Notes under the pieces: generated by a model
Database searches by the model: none
The model's input: the letters and a program-made list of their open reading frames with translations, nothing else
Told to the model about the DNA's origin: nothing
Shown here: positions 41,570-52,521 of the stretch, piece by piece
Numbering within the stretch: position 1 is the first letter of the stretch
Layout: the number at the start of each line of letters is the position of its first letter
Translations under genes and position numbers: made by a program
Assembly (NCBI GenBank): GCA_020721065.1
Contig: DYNM01000012.1
Span: forward strand, 15,842 to 79,841
Length of the DNA: 64,000 bases
From: Thiocystis violascens
GTDB lineage: Bacteria; Pseudomonadota; Gammaproteobacteria; Chromatiales; Chromatiaceae
Reading direction: 5' to 3'

Positions 41570-44179
41570 ATGTTAAATAAACTCAATATCAAAACAAAAC
41601 TATTTCTATTGGTGGGCATTCCCAGCTTGGCACTCGTCTGTATGATGTTATTTTTAATTCTGCAAATGGTGCGGGATTTATACACCATTCAACACGGGCA
41701 AGCACTGGGACAATTAGTCGTCACGCTGGGCGAAGTCGCCCACGAATTGCAAAAAGAGCGTGGCATGAGTGCCGGCTTTCTATCGAGTAAAGGGAGCAAA
41801 TTTGCAGATCGCCTGCCGCCGCAACGTGAAGCCAGCGACATTGCCATTGCCCAATTAGAACACGCCATCACACAAGTTGACCTCAATACATTAGAACCAG
41901 ATTATCGACAACGGCTGGTTGAATTACCACATTCATTGCTCACATTACGCAATTGGCGCACGATTGTCAGCGACTTAAAAGCCAATCCACCCAGCTCCTT
42001 TCGGATGTATAGCGACCTAATTGGCAATTTATTAGAAGTTGCCGCTCGCACCAGCAATCAATTACACGATGCGCAACTGTCACGCCTCACCAACACCAAA
42101 AGCGCATTATTATTTCTAAAAGAACGCAACGGACAAGAACGTGCTTTATTGTCCGGTGCATTCAGTGCCGGACGCATCACCGCTGCTGACTACGATGTCT
42201 TTCAAGGCTTGTTAATTGACCAATCCAATTATTTGCGCACAACAAGTTCTTTTGCTACCGCCACGCAAATGGCGCTGCTGAACGACAAACTCAACCAGCC
42301 GATTAACCAAGATATTTCCACTATTGAAAGTATGGTGAAAACAAAGGGCGTAGGTGCAGAATTAAATTATCCACCCGTCACTTGGTTCGATCAAATCACT
42401 GCCAAAATTGATTTATTGCGCGAAGTCGAACAGCAATTTTCCGCCGATATTATTGCCGCAAATCACGCCCAATTGAATACTGCGCAAACTGCGTTGCTAT
42501 TGTATTCAATTGTGCTCGGAATCACACTATTTTTAACGCTATGGTTAGCATTAGCGATTGTGCGCAGTGTGGTCAGTCAAATTGGTGGTGAACCCGCCTT
42601 CGCCGCTAAAATTGCTCATGCCATTGCAGGTGGCAAATTAGACAATGTCATTTCATTACGCACTGGCGATCAAACCAGTTTATTGGCATCAATGCTCAAT
42701 ATGCAACATCAGCTACGAGAACAGATTACTGCTGATCGCCACATTGCAACTGAAAGTTTACGCATTAAAAACGCACTTGATAAAGCCTCTACAAATGTCA
42801 TGGTTGCTGACAATGACGGCAACATCATTTATATGAACGTGGCAATGACCAAAATGATGCACGCCTGCGAATCCGCATTACAGCGCGTGTTACCAGACTT
42901 TAATGCCGATTATTTAATTGGCAAAAATTTTGATGATTTTCACCGAAATCCTATACGGCAGCGCAACTTTTTAGCGGAAATGAACGCTGAGTATATTTCA
43001 GAATTAACGGTTGCTGGATATACCTTTCGCCTGATTTTTAATCCGGTGATTAACGCCCAAGGTGAGCGTGTTGGTTCCGTCGTAGAGTGGACAGATCGCA
43101 CCAATGAAGCCAGCGTGCAAGGTGAATTATCAACGCTGTTAGATGCAGCAGTGCATGGTGATTTTTCCCAACGATTAGATTTAACTGGCAAAGATGGTTT
43201 CTTAAAACAAATGAGCCAAGGCATGAATCAATTAGTAGAGATTGTGTCCACCGGACTTGCCGATATTGCTCATGTTTTAAATAGTATTGCGCAAGGCGAT
43301 TTAACCCAACAAATTACAGCGGATTACAGCGGCACCTTTGGGCAATTGAAACTGGACACCAATACCACCGTTGCACAATTACGCGAAGTGGTTGGACGCA
43401 TTCAAGCAGTGACGCTGGCAATCAATGATACTGTAGATGAAATTGCCGCTGGCAACATTGATTTATCCAGCCGCACAAAAGCACAAGCTAATGCACTTGA
43501 AAAAACTGCCGGTACAATGGAAGAACTTAATGCTACGGTACAAAAAAATGCGCACAATGCGAGCCAAGCTAACCAATTAGCAAGCACTGCTCATATCACT
43601 ATTCAACATGGCGGTGATACCGTCAAAGCAGTCACTACCACCATGAGTGCAATTCAAACTGCGAGTAGTAAAATTGCAGATATTATTAGCGTGATTGATG
43701 GAATTGCATTTCAAACAAATATCTTGGCACTCAATGCGGCAGTGGAGGCAGCGCGGGCGGGTGAGCAAGGGCGCGGCTTTGCGGTGGTTGCTGCTGAGGT
43801 GCGGACGTTGGCGCAGCGCAGTGCGCAAGCAGCTAAAGAAATCAAAGGGTTAATCGCTGATTCGATGACGACAGTGGACCGTGGCGCTGCCCTTGCGCAG
43901 CAGGCTGGCGCGGCGATGACGGAGGTGGTGGTGAGTTTTCAGCAGGTGGCGACGTTGGTGGCGGATATTGCTGACGCCAGTCGGGAGCAATCATTGGGAA
44001 TTGCGCAAGTTGCACGCGCTGTCACTGAGATTGATACCATGACGCAACAGAATGCGGCATTAGTTGATGCAGCAACGATTGCGACTGATAGTTTAGAAAA
44101 TCAGGCGCGGGATTTGGTGCAAGCCGTTTCTGTATTCAGCAATACAGGTGATGTTTTTGTATTCAATAGCGAGAGTTAA
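41570..44179 (+). CDS. Chemoreceptor with periplasmic NIT domain and cytoplasmic Aer2-like PAS domain
   Basis: [13 protein letters not shown] and KERNGQERA (NIT); [17 protein letters not shown]...FHRNP...VVEW (PAS); MCP tip [30 protein letters not shown]. Confidence 0.9.
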   Translation: MLNKLNIKTKLFLLVGIPSLALVCMMLFLILQMVRDLYTIQHGQALGQLVVTLGEVAHELQKERGMSAGFLSSKGSKFADRLPPQREASDIAIAQLEHAITQVDLNTLEPDYRQRLVELPHSLLTLRNWRTIVSDLKANPPSSFRMYSDLIGNLLEVAARTSNQLHDAQLSRLTNTKSALLFLKERNGQERALLSGAFSAGRITAADYDVFQGLLIDQSNYLRTTSSFATATQMALLNDKLNQPINQDISTIESMVKTKGVGAELNYPPVTWFDQITAKIDLLREVEQQFSADIIAANHAQLNTAQTALLLYSIVLGITLFLTLWLALAIVRSVVSQIGGEPAFAAKIAHAIAGGKLDNVISLRTGDQTSLLASMLNMQHQLREQITADRHIATESLRIKNALDKASTNVMVADNDGNIIYMNVAMTKMMHACESALQRVLPDFNADYLIGKNFDDFHRNPIRQRNFLAEMNAEYISELTVAGYTFRLIFNPVINAQGERVGSVVEWTDRTNEASVQGELSTLLDAAVHGDFSQRLDLTGKDGFLKQMSQGMNQLVEIVSTGLADIAHVLNSIAQGDLTQQITADYSGTFGQLKLDTNTTVAQLREVVGRIQAVTLAINDTVDEIAAGNIDLSSRTKAQANALEKTAGTMEELNATVQKNAHNASQANQLASTAHITIQHGGDTVKAVTTTMSAIQTASSKIADIISVIDGIAFQTNILALNAAVEAARAGEQGRGFAVVAAEVRTLAQRSAQAAKEIKGLIADSMTTVDRGAALAQQAGAAMTEVVVSFQQVATLVADIADASREQSLGIAQVARAVTEIDTMTQQNAALVDAATIATDSLENQARDLVQAVSVFSNTGDVFVFNSES

Positions 44180-44184
44180 TTCTG

Positions 44185-44616
44185 ATGACACAATTAAATT
44201 TGCGTGGGTTATTGTGGGTAATAATGGCACTGTTGCCATTGATGTGGTGGTCGCCGGCGCAGGCAAGCAGTGGCGGAAGTAAAGATGATGCCGCTGCTTA
44301 TCCGGGCTATATGGCATTGGAACCGGCATTGGTGGTGAATTTAGCGAGTGATCGGCGAACGCGCTATTTGAAATTAGATATTCAGTTTTATTTGAATAGC
44401 AGCCATGATGCCGAATTGGTGAAAACGCACATGCCGCTGATTCGAGATCGGATGATTACCTTGCTGGGTGGACGGCAACCTGAGCAAGTCAGTTCTATGG
44501 AAGCACGGGAACAATTGCGGGTGGAGTTATTAGAACAACTGCGGGAAACAATGACGCATCAAACTGGCGAACCTGCTATTCATGCGATTTATTTTACCGG
44601 CTTTATTGTGCAATAA
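44185..44616 (+). CDS. fliL: FliL-family protein
   Basis: VVNLA...YLKLDIQF...PLIRDRMITLL...IYFTGFIVQ. Confidence 0.82.
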   Translation: MTQLNLRGLLWVIMALLPLMWWSPAQASSGGSKDDAAAYPGYMALEPALVVNLASDRRTRYLKLDIQFYLNSSHDAELVKTHMPLIRDRMITLLGGRQPEQVSSMEAREQLRVELLEQLRETMTHQTGEPAIHAIYFTGFIVQ

Positions 44617-44642
44617 CTGATATTGGTTAATACAGATGTAAT

Positions 44643-44677
44643 CCCCTCGTTGCTATGCGGCGAGGGGTATTTTATTT
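44643..44677 (+). terminator. Intrinsic terminator after fliL
   Basis: CCCCTCG...CGAGGGG stem followed by TATTTTATTT; between convergent fliL and gspG. Confidence 0.65.
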
Positions 44678-44681
44678 AGTG

Positions 44682-45095
44682 CTATTCCCAACTGCGAATA
44701 TCAGTATTTTCACCTTCTCCGCCATCACGATGATCGGCACCAAGTGACCACAAATCAACGCTGCCATGTTCACCGGGTACACGATATTCGTATTCAAAGC
44801 CCCAAGGGTCTTTGGGAACATCGCCCTTTTTAAGATAGGGACCATTCCAATTCGGGGCATTGCCGGGTTTTTCTACCAAGGCGCGTAATTCAGCCGGATA
44901 TTGTCCCAACTCCAGCCGATATAAATCCAGCGTTGCGCTTAATTCTTCGATTTGTAGTTTTGCGGTTTTGGTTTTGGAACTGCCCAAAAATTTCATTACC
45001 TGTGGCCCGACTAAACCCGCTAATAACCCTAAAATTGCGAGCACGACTAACAATTCAACTAGCGTAAAACCACGCATCAGTTTGATAGAACGCAT
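44682..45095 (-). CDS. gspG: Type II secretion major pseudopilin GspG
   Basis: Prepilin cleavage site G/FTLVE, LDLYRLE, WNGPYL, DPWG, GADHRDGGEG..DI. Confidence 0.93.
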   Translation of the reverse strand: MRSIKLMRGFTLVELLVVLAILGLLAGLVGPQVMKFLGSSKTKTAKLQIEELSATLDLYRLELGQYPAELRALVEKPGNAPNWNGPYLKKGDVPKDPWGFEYEYRVPGEHGSVDLWSLGADHRDGGEGENTDIRSWE

Positions 45096-45133
45096 TTCAA
45101 CACTCTCCGCAATGACACTGCATGTTAGTTTGA

Positions 45134-46336
45134 TTAAAAAACCAATTCGTTGGCACCCAAAATTGCCATTAAAATGGACATGATGATGCCAGCAACGATG
45201 ACGCCTAAACCCACAATTAAAATGGGTTCTAATAACGTCAGCAACCGTTGAACGCTGGTGCGCGTTTCCCGATCATAAATGGTGGCGATCTTCGTCAACA
45301 TGGCGTCTAAACTGCCGGATTCTTCGCCGACGCGGATCATTTGCAGCGCCAACTCCGGCAGCGCCTGCACTCGCACCAGCGGTTCCGCCAGCCCGCGCCC
45401 GTGTTTGAGATCGTCGCCCACTTCGCGCAGCAAGATGGCGAGGTGGTGGTTGCTGACCACTTCTCGCGCCAGCGTCAGCGCCGTCAACAGCGGCAGCCCG
45501 TTGGTCAACAGCGTGGCGAGGGTGTGACACAGCCGCGCTGTTTCCAATTTCCACAGCAAATCGCCGAGCAGCGGCACGGTCAACACGCGCCGATCAACGG
45601 ACATCCGCACCGCCGGACGTTGCAGGCTATGTTCAATCAACACGGCAGCGAGCGCGATGCCGCACAGCAGCGCCCACCAATAATTGCGAAACAACTCGCC
45701 AGCGGCAACGACGATCTGAGTCGGCAGCGGCAGTGCGGCACCCATGTCGGCAAATAAAACCGTGAATTGTGGCACCACGAACACCAGCAACAAGATGACC
45801 GATAAGGCGGCAACAACCAGCAAAATCAAAGGATAAACCAGCGCGGAGGTGACGGTTTGGCGCAGTTCGGCGACGCGCTCCAAATAATCGGCCAGGCGGT
45901 TGAGCACCTGATCCAACGCCCCGCCTGCTTCACCGGCCTTGATCATATTGATGTAAAGACGCGGAAATTGTCCCTCTTGCGCTTCCAACGCCCGCGAAAA
46001 AGTCGCCCCACCGCGCACCTGTTGCTGCACAGCGGTCAACACCCGCACGAGCTGTTCAGCACTACTGAGATCAAGCAGGATGTGCAGCGAGCGATCCAGC
46101 GTCATGCCCGCTTCCAACAGCGTCGCCAATTCACGAGTCAAGAGATTGATTTCTTTCGGTGTCAAACGGCGCTGCCGCCCTAACCTCCCGCGCAACGTTT
46201 TTGACGTGCGGGCTTCAATCAGAATCACGCCCTCGCGCTGTAATTGCCGGCGCAGCGTGTCTTCATCGACCGCCTCAATGTCACCCGCAACGGTTTCGCC
46301 GTCGAGCTTGACTGCTTGATAGAAAAATTTAGGCAC
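45134..46336 (-). CDS. gspF: Type II secretion inner-membrane platform protein GspF
   Basis: RELATLLEAG, GEAGGAL, ALVYP, VGEESGSL, LLEP; adjacent to gspG. Confidence 0.9.
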   Translation of the reverse strand: MPKFFYQAVKLDGETVAGDIEAVDEDTLRRQLQREGVILIEARTSKTLRGRLGRQRRLTPKEINLLTRELATLLEAGMTLDRSLHILLDLSSAEQLVRVLTAVQQQVRGGATFSRALEAQEGQFPRLYINMIKAGEAGGALDQVLNRLADYLERVAELRQTVTSALVYPLILLVVAALSVILLLVFVVPQFTVLFADMGAALPLPTQIVVAAGELFRNYWWALLCGIALAAVLIEHSLQRPAVRMSVDRRVLTVPLLGDLLWKLETARLCHTLATLLTNGLPLLTALTLAREVVSNHHLAILLREVGDDLKHGRGLAEPLVRVQALPELALQMIRVGEESGSLDAMLTKIATIYDRETRTSVQRLLTLLEPILIVGLGVIVAGIIMSILMAILGANELVF

Positions 46337-46453
46337 ACGCGCTGTCCTCGAGAAAATGATCGTTGCTGGCGCAAAAGATCGCGGATTAACAGAGGTTGGC
46401 GTGGGAAATTGCGGTGGTGGGACTAACGACTGCTTGCGGAAATGAGAGGGTGG

Positions 46454-46530
46454 TGGCGCGCCCGACAGGATTCGAACCTGTGACCCCAGCCTTCGGAGGG
46501 CTGTACTCTATCCATCTGAGCTACGGGCGC
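46454..46530 (-). tRNA. tRNA-Arg (anticodon CCG)
   Basis: Minus strand GCGCCCGTAGCTCAGATGGATAGAGTACAGCCCTCCGAAGGCTGGGGTCACAGGTTCGAATCCTGTCGGGCGCGCCA; cloverleaf with TTCGAATC T-loop and encoded CCA; 77 nt. Confidence 0.96.
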
Positions 46531-46610
46531 AAGCCGCACATTATGGCGAGTGCCGCCCCTCACGTCAAAGCCGATTCATCATCCGCCGGTGCAGGTGACG
46601 ACCGCCACAG

Positions 46611-48593
46611 CTAACTGTTTACTTTACGCTGCCGCTTTTTCTTAACCGGTTTTTTAATAATTTCAGCGGACGCATTGAATTCAACTGCATCAAAAAATGT
46701 TTTCACATCTTCAATCACTCGCGTTCGCGCCATCGGCGGTAAACTCGCTAAAAACGTGTGACCATACGATTTCGCTAATAAACGCGGATCGCACACCACC
46801 AACACCCCGCGATCATGTTGATCTCGAATTAACCGTCCCGCGCCTTGTTTTAAGGCAATCACCGCCTGCGGCAATTGATAGTCTTGAAAAGGATTGCCAC
46901 CGCGCTGCCGCAACGCATCAATACGCGCAGCTAAAACCGGATCACCCGGTGAAGCAAATGGTAAACGATCAATCAATACGCACGACAGCGCCTCACCGCG
47001 CACATCAACGCCTTCCCAAAAACTCGCCGTCCCCAATAACACTGCATTGCCCAATTCACGAAATCGCGCTAATAATTCTGCTCGCGGTGCCGTGCCTTGA
47101 ATTAACAATGGATAATCTAATTGACCGTTTAATCCCGCCGCAGTTTCATGCAATGCGCGATAACTGGTGAATAATAAAAACGCACGACCGCGACTATATC
47201 CAATCACTTCTCGCGCCAGCGCAATCACATGTTGATTGTATTCCGGTGCCGAGGGCTGCGGTAAACCACGCGGCACAAACCATAAGGCTTGTTTGGCATA
47301 ATCAAATGGACTTTCCCACCGCGCAGTTTGTGCATTTTCAATGCCGAGTTGTTGCGCAAAATGTTCAAAACGTTCACCAACTGCCAGCGTCGCCGAAGTG
47401 AAAATCCACGCCGTTCCCGCTTGCCCAACGTGTTTTTGAAACACGTCCGCCACCGACAGCGGCGTCTGATGTAGCCGAAAACCGCGTCCGTTGGTTTCAA
47501 ACCAGCGCACCGCCTCCGGTGGTTCCGGTGCCAGCAACGTGTGCAGCCGCGCCAGCAACGTCGCCGCTCGCACCTGACAGGCATCCAGATTTTTCCCGTG
47601 TCCCTGCAACGCTTTGAGCGCCAGCGCCAACGCCTGCAGTTTGTGCTCCAGCTCCGCCAGCGTCCGCTGCACCTCCGCGTTGTCCGCCAATTCTCGCCAC
47701 GGTGCGCGGCGATCCGCTTCACCACCCAAACTGATGCGCACATCAGCAGTGGCACGTTGCATCATCTTGATCCGGCGCGGCAACTCCACCACCCCGCGTG
47801 CCTCGCTGTAGGCGGCAACTTCAGTATCTGTTGCTAAATCATGCAGTTGCCGACTACTGAGCGTCACGCCAAAAAAGCTCGACGCCGTGTCAGGAAGCTG
47901 GTGCGCCTCATCAATCACAAAACAATCCGCGCCCGGCAACAGCTCGCCCAAACCCTCATCGCGCAGCGCCAAGTCCGCGCAGAGGAGGTGGTGATTCACC
48001 ACCACCACTTCCGCTGCTTGCGCCTCGCGCCGCGCTGTCACCAAATGGCAGCGTTGAAATTCCGCGCAGTCCTGACCAAGACAGTTATCCACCGTTGAGG
48101 TGACTTCCGCCCAAATCGGCGCATCTTCCGGCAGCGGCACCTCCGAGATGTCACCGGCTTGCGTGGTCTGCGCCCAATCGCGCACCAGCGCCAACTGCTG
48201 TTGCAGCTCAGGTGCTAAATGCACCACTTCCTCTTGCACCAGCGCCAGCCGCTGCCGACACAAATAATTGGCGCGACCTTTGAGCAACGCGCTGGAGACC
48301 GGAATCTTCAGCGCCGTGCGCATCAGCGGTAAATCGCGGTGAAAGAGTTGATCTTGCAAATTGCGGGTGCCGGTCGAAATCAAGACTTTGCGCCGCGATA
48401 ACAGCGCCGGCACCAGATACGCAAAGGTTTTGCCGGTGCCCGTGCCCGCCTCACAAATCAGCACTCCGCCAGTGCGCATCACTGCTGCGATGCGTTCCGC
48501 CATCGCCTGCTGCTGCTCGCGGTGCTGAAAATGGGGCAATCGCGCTGCCAGTCGCCCGCTTTTACCAAAAATTGCTGCTAAATCAGTCGTCAT
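46611..48593 (-). CDS. DinG/YoaA-family ATP-dependent DNA helicase (Fe-S)
   Basis: [23 protein letters not shown]...[30 protein letters not shown] 48593 or TTG 48611. Confidence 0.93.
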   Translation of the reverse strand: MTTDLAAIFGKSGRLAARLPHFQHREQQQAMAERIAAVMRTGGVLICEAGTGTGKTFAYLVPALLSRRKVLISTGTRNLQDQLFHRDLPLMRTALKIPVSSALLKGRANYLCRQRLALVQEEVVHLAPELQQQLALVRDWAQTTQAGDISEVPLPEDAPIWAEVTSTVDNCLGQDCAEFQRCHLVTARREAQAAEVVVVNHHLLCADLALRDEGLGELLPGADCFVIDEAHQLPDTASSFFGVTLSSRQLHDLATDTEVAAYSEARGVVELPRRIKMMQRATADVRISLGGEADRRAPWRELADNAEVQRTLAELEHKLQALALALKALQGHGKNLDACQVRAATLLARLHTLLAPEPPEAVRWFETNGRGFRLHQTPLSVADVFQKHVGQAGTAWIFTSATLAVGERFEHFAQQLGIENAQTARWESPFDYAKQALWFVPRGLPQPSAPEYNQHVIALAREVIGYSRGRAFLLFTSYRALHETAAGLNGQLDYPLLIQGTAPRAELLARFRELGNAVLLGTASFWEGVDVRGEALSCVLIDRLPFASPGDPVLAARIDALRQRGGNPFQDYQLPQAVIALKQGAGRLIRDQHDRGVLVVCDPRLLAKSYGHTFLASLPPMARTRVIEDVKTFFDAVEFNASAEIIKKPVKKKRQRKVNS

Positions 48594-48607
48594 CTTCTGA
48601 AGTGCCG

Positions 48608-49558
48608 TCAATGGCTACCAGCGCGACGTTCGGCCGCCTCAGCCGCGTCTTCATCGCCAGCGGAGCGTTTGGAGTGCGCGATGATCCGCCAGTTGTCCTG
48701 CTTCACAGCGGCATTTTGATTGGATAAATCATTGGCACGCGATGCCAGATTGCCAGCTTGATGCACCTGTCCCTGTTCCATCCGCACTCGCGCCAGCCGA
48801 TTCCACAAATACGGCTCTCGCGGCGCGATCCGCAGCGAGCGTTCCAATGACGCCGCAGCGCCGGTGTAATCACCAGCTTTGCGTTGCTGTTCGGCTTGAC
48901 TGGCGAGCGATTGCGCCGCTGGCGGTAATGGCGGAGCTGCCAATGGCGGTGCCGGAGGTGGCGCAGGTTTGGGTTTCGGTTTGGGGGGTGGCGGCGGCGG
49001 AGGTGGCTCCACCTTGGCAACAGTCACTGGCGCAGCCGGAGCTGGCGCTGGTGCCGGAGCGGAGGGCGTGATTTGAAGTGCTGGCGCGACAACTGCGGCG
49101 GGTGCAGCAGCAACCGGCGGTGGTGCTGGCTTTTTCTTGGGCAAGACCACTGACGGAGTGCGGGTTTGCGCCATCGCTACCGTCTCCGTCTCTGGCGCAG
49201 TTGCCTGCGGCGCGGCAACCGGCGGTGGCAGCGGAAGCGCGGCAGTGTCAGCGCCAGCATCGAATTCAGTTTCGGCGGCAGCGACGGGTTCTGATGCAGG
49301 TGCGGGCGCGGGATCGCGGTAGGTGTAAACCTTGGCTTTGGGTGCCGCAGCGGTCGCAGAACGCGCCGCTGCACTGCGAGCAGCGGCAGTGGTTTTAGCA
49401 GCGGTGGATCGCTGCCGCGTTGCTGCTTGTTGGCGCGATGGTGTCAATTGCACCACCGGCGCTGGTGGTCCGTCGCGGGGTGCGAGGGCGACGCAGGCGT
49501 TCAGACTGATGATGGCGATCACGCTCATCGATACACGAAAGGGGAACAGTGGGGACAT
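48608..49558 (-). CDS. Lipoprotein with Pro/Ala-rich linker and C-terminal TPR (LpoP-like PBP1b activator)
   Basis: Lipobox-like SLNAC, long low-complexity linker, TPR (AAASLERSLRIAPREPYLWNRLA); immediately downstream of mrcB. Confidence 0.75.
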   Translation of the reverse strand: MSPLFPFRVSMSVIAIISLNACVALAPRDGPPAPVVQLTPSRQQAATRQRSTAAKTTAAARSAAARSATAAAPKAKVYTYRDPAPAPASEPVAAAETEFDAGADTAALPLPPPVAAPQATAPETETVAMAQTRTPSVVLPKKKPAPPPVAAAPAAVVAPALQITPSAPAPAPAPAAPVTVAKVEPPPPPPPPKPKPKPAPPPAPPLAAPPLPPAAQSLASQAEQQRKAGDYTGAAASLERSLRIAPREPYLWNRLARVRMEQGQVHQAGNLASRANDLSNQNAAVKQDNWRIIAHSKRSAGDEDAAEAAERRAGSH

Positions 49559-49568
49559 GGGGATGTGC

Positions 49569-52013
49569 CTAAAAATCACTCATAAACGTGTTGTTCTCAT
49601 CCGCCGGTTGCGGCTTCGGTTTGGGTTTTGATGCTGGTGGAGATGGCGCAGCCGGTTCTGGCTCCGCTGCCACTTCATCGTCCGCTGCCGGACGTTCAAA
49701 ACGCGGCGCAGCACGATCACCGTCATCACGTGGTGGCGAGCGTTTTTTGGCTGGCGCATCGTCATCACGATCATCACCGCCACAATTTTGCGCTCGCGGA
49801 GCACTGCCAATATACGGCGTGCGCCCCCGTCCGCAGGCATCGGCGATCACCACGCCTTCTGGCGGCAATTCCAAAATCGGCTCATTGGCCAGCGCCAGCA
49901 TGAATGCTGCCCACACCCGCAACGCGCCGGTGCCGCCAGTCAATCCCATCGGGAGATAATCGTCGCGCCCCAGCCACACCACCGCGACCTTGTCGCCGCT
50001 AAAACCGGCAAACCAACTGTCGCGCATGTCATCGGTGGTGCCGGTTTTACCAGCCATCGTCATCCCTTCTGGCAACTGTTCGCCGAGCCATTTAGCGGTG
50101 CCGTGCGTCACCACCCGCTGCAGCGCCCACGCCGTGAGATATGCCGCTTTGGTGTCCACCACCGCCTCAATAGCCAGCGGATAGCGATTGAGCGGTTGCC
50201 CCTGCGCGTCCACCACTTCCCGAATTGCTCGCAGCGGGGCGCGATACCCGTTGGCGGCGATGGCTTGATACATCTGCGCCACCTCCAGCGGCGACATCGC
50301 CACCGAACCCAGCAACAGCGAGGGCACCACGCGCATTTTGCGTTGCACTCCGAGCTGGCGCAGGGTTTCAGCCACGTTCTTGATGCCGATGCTCAGACCA
50401 ATGTTGACCGTCGCCAAATTCAGCGACCGCGCCAGCGCCTCACTCAAACGCACGGTGCCATGCACGCGGCGGTCGTAATTCTTTGGCTCCCAGCGTTGAT
50501 CGCCATCCGGCAGGCTGACGGGCGTATCGGGAATGCCGCTGGTGAGGGTGTAACGCTGCGGCTGCGCCAGCGCGGTGAGATATACCGCTGGTTTCACCAG
50601 TGAGCCGATGGAGCGCACGCTGTCGAGCGCCCGATTAAAACCGGCATAACCCGATTTGCGTCCGCCTGCCAGCGCCAGCACTTCGCCCTGATCAATGGAC
50701 GTGACGACGGCGGCAGTTTCGAGCGTGCCGCGTTTCATGTGATGGTTTTTTTCCAAGGTCGCCAATTGCTTCGGCAGCGTCTGCTCCACCGTCGCCTGCA
50801 CCAGCGGATCGAGCGTGGTGAAGATGTTTAAGCCTTCCGAGCGCAAATCCTCGTCGCGGTAATCGCGCTGCAATTGGCGGCGCACCAGCGAGATGAAATC
50901 GGGATAACTGCCAACTGGTCGCCCGCCGCCATCTGCGACGCCGAGCGGAGCGGTTTTGGCTTTCGCCGCCGCTGCAGCGGAGATCACGCCGTCGCGCACC
51001 ATCAAATCCAAAACGAGATTGCGGCGAGTCGTGGCGGCTTCGGGGTGACGACGCGGGTCAAGATTGGACGGCGCTTGCACCATGCCAATCAGCAGCGCGG
51101 TTTCAGGAATGCCGATTTCGCTCAATGATTTATTGAAGAAGAAGCTGCTGGCGAGCGCGAAGCCGTGAATGGCACGGCGTCCGTCTTGACCGAGGTAAAT
51201 CTCGTTGGCGTAGGCTTCGAGAATTTCATCTTTGCTGTAGCGCAGTTCCAACAGCAGCGACATATAGGCTTCTTTCAATTTGCGTTGAAAGGTGCGGTCG
51301 GCGTTGAGATAAAAATTCTTGACCAACTGTTGCGTGAGAGTGCTGGCACCTTCAACAACGGCTCCCGCTTGAAAATTGCTGTACGCAGCGCGGGCGATGC
51401 CACGCGGATCAACGCCCAGATGATTCTGAAAATTGCGATCTTCGACTGCGATCAAGGTTTTCACTAATAAATCAGGCAGTTCGTCGCGCCGCACCAGCAG
51501 CCGATCTTCGTTGTGGGTGGGATAAATGCTGGCAATCAGCATCGGATCAAACCGCACCAGCGCCGGATCAGTACCGCCGTCGGCTGCGGTGAGACTGGCG
51601 ACGTGGTGATCGGTGATGTCGAGTGCGAGATGATGTCCGGGTTCCTGTCCGTCCCAAAAGCGAAACGGGCGCGTTTTGATGACGAAATGATCGCCAACGC
51701 GCTGATAAGTGCCGGAACTGCTCAACTCGGCGGTCGCGGCTTGGCGGTAATTGAGGCGATCTAATTCGGCTTGCAATTGATCGGGATCAATCACGCGATT
51801 GGCGTACAACTCCAGCGGGCGGGCATAGACGCGAGCCGGCAGCGCCCAGCGTTGTCCTTCAAACTTGCCTTGCACGACGCGATCTAAATGAGCGCCATAA
51901 AACGCGCCAGCGACGCCTACTCCGGCGCTGAGGATGAGCAGGCTGCGCATGATAAAGCCGCCCATCTGCACGGCGGGGCGCTGGCGCTGGGCGAGGCTTG
52001 TCATTGTGGTCAT
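49569..52013 (-). CDS. mrcB: Penicillin-binding protein 1B
   Basis: UB2H region, EDRNF, GASTLTQQLVKN, SLVK, SLN, KTG. Start reassigned to ATG 52013. Confidence 0.95.
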   Translation of the reverse strand: MTTMTSLAQRQRPAVQMGGFIMRSLLILSAGVGVAGAFYGAHLDRVVQGKFEGQRWALPARVYARPLELYANRVIDPDQLQAELDRLNYRQAATAELSSSGTYQRVGDHFVIKTRPFRFWDGQEPGHHLALDITDHHVASLTAADGGTDPALVRFDPMLIASIYPTHNEDRLLVRRDELPDLLVKTLIAVEDRNFQNHLGVDPRGIARAAYSNFQAGAVVEGASTLTQQLVKNFYLNADRTFQRKLKEAYMSLLLELRYSKDEILEAYANEIYLGQDGRRAIHGFALASSFFFNKSLSEIGIPETALLIGMVQAPSNLDPRRHPEAATTRRNLVLDLMVRDGVISAAAAAKAKTAPLGVADGGGRPVGSYPDFISLVRRQLQRDYRDEDLRSEGLNIFTTLDPLVQATVEQTLPKQLATLEKNHHMKRGTLETAAVVTSIDQGEVLALAGGRKSGYAGFNRALDSVRSIGSLVKPAVYLTALAQPQRYTLTSGIPDTPVSLPDGDQRWEPKNYDRRVHGTVRLSEALARSLNLATVNIGLSIGIKNVAETLRQLGVQRKMRVVPSLLLGSVAMSPLEVAQMYQAIAANGYRAPLRAIREVVDAQGQPLNRYPLAIEAVVDTKAAYLTAWALQRVVTHGTAKWLGEQLPEGMTMAGKTGTTDDMRDSWFAGFSGDKVAVVWLGRDDYLPMGLTGGTGALRVWAAFMLALANEPILELPPEGVVIADACGRGRTPYIGSAPRAQNCGGDDRDDDAPAKKRSPPRDDGDRAAPRFERPAADDEVAAEPEPAAPSPPASKPKPKPQPADENNTFMSDF

Positions 52014-52134
52014 GTACGAATACCGGAAGGAGCGCGAGAGCGCATCACTGTGGGGGCAAGGTTGTCTTAAATCTTCACATTTACAGCGGGTTGAAACAAC
52101 CAATCGCCACAAGGTGCGCCATTATCGGTGAGGT

Positions 52135-52521
52135 TTAAGCGTTGTGCGGGAAATCTTCAATAAATTCCAACGCATTTCCGTCTGGATCGCGGCAAAACAG
52201 CGCCGCTCGCCCGGAGCGGCTGAAGGTGTAGAGCACTTCAGCGGCATCTAAACGCACAATTAAATCCCGCAGTGAGGAAACACGCAGGGCGAGATGACGA
52301 TCACGTCCGCCGTGTGCGGGACGATTGCTCGTCGGATCGGGATTGGGTAATTCCAATAAATGAATTTGTAAAGCGCCGACAGCGAGCCACGCGCCAGCAA
52401 ATCCCAGTGCGGGGCGATTGGTGAGCACTTTTAAGCCCAACACTCCGGCGTAGAATTCCAAAGCAATAGCGGTATCGGCGACGATTAAACTGACGTGATG
52501 AATGTCACGAATAAGAGGCAT
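52135..52521 (-). CDS. VOC/glyoxalase-family protein
   Basis: IHHVSLIV, FYAGVLGL, QIHL, HLAL, DPDGNALEF. Confidence 0.9.
   Translation of the reverse strand: MPLIRDIHHVSLIVADTAIALEFYAGVLGLKVLTNRPALGFAGAWLAVGALQIHLLELPNPDPTSNRPAHGGRDRHLALRVSSLRDLIVRLDAAEVLYTFSRSGRAALFCRDPDGNALEFIEDFPHNA

Noticed and set aside
46454-46530. tRNA-Arg as an integration site for a genomic island
   Set aside because: No duplicated tRNA 3' end and no integrase were seen in the window (search by eye only).
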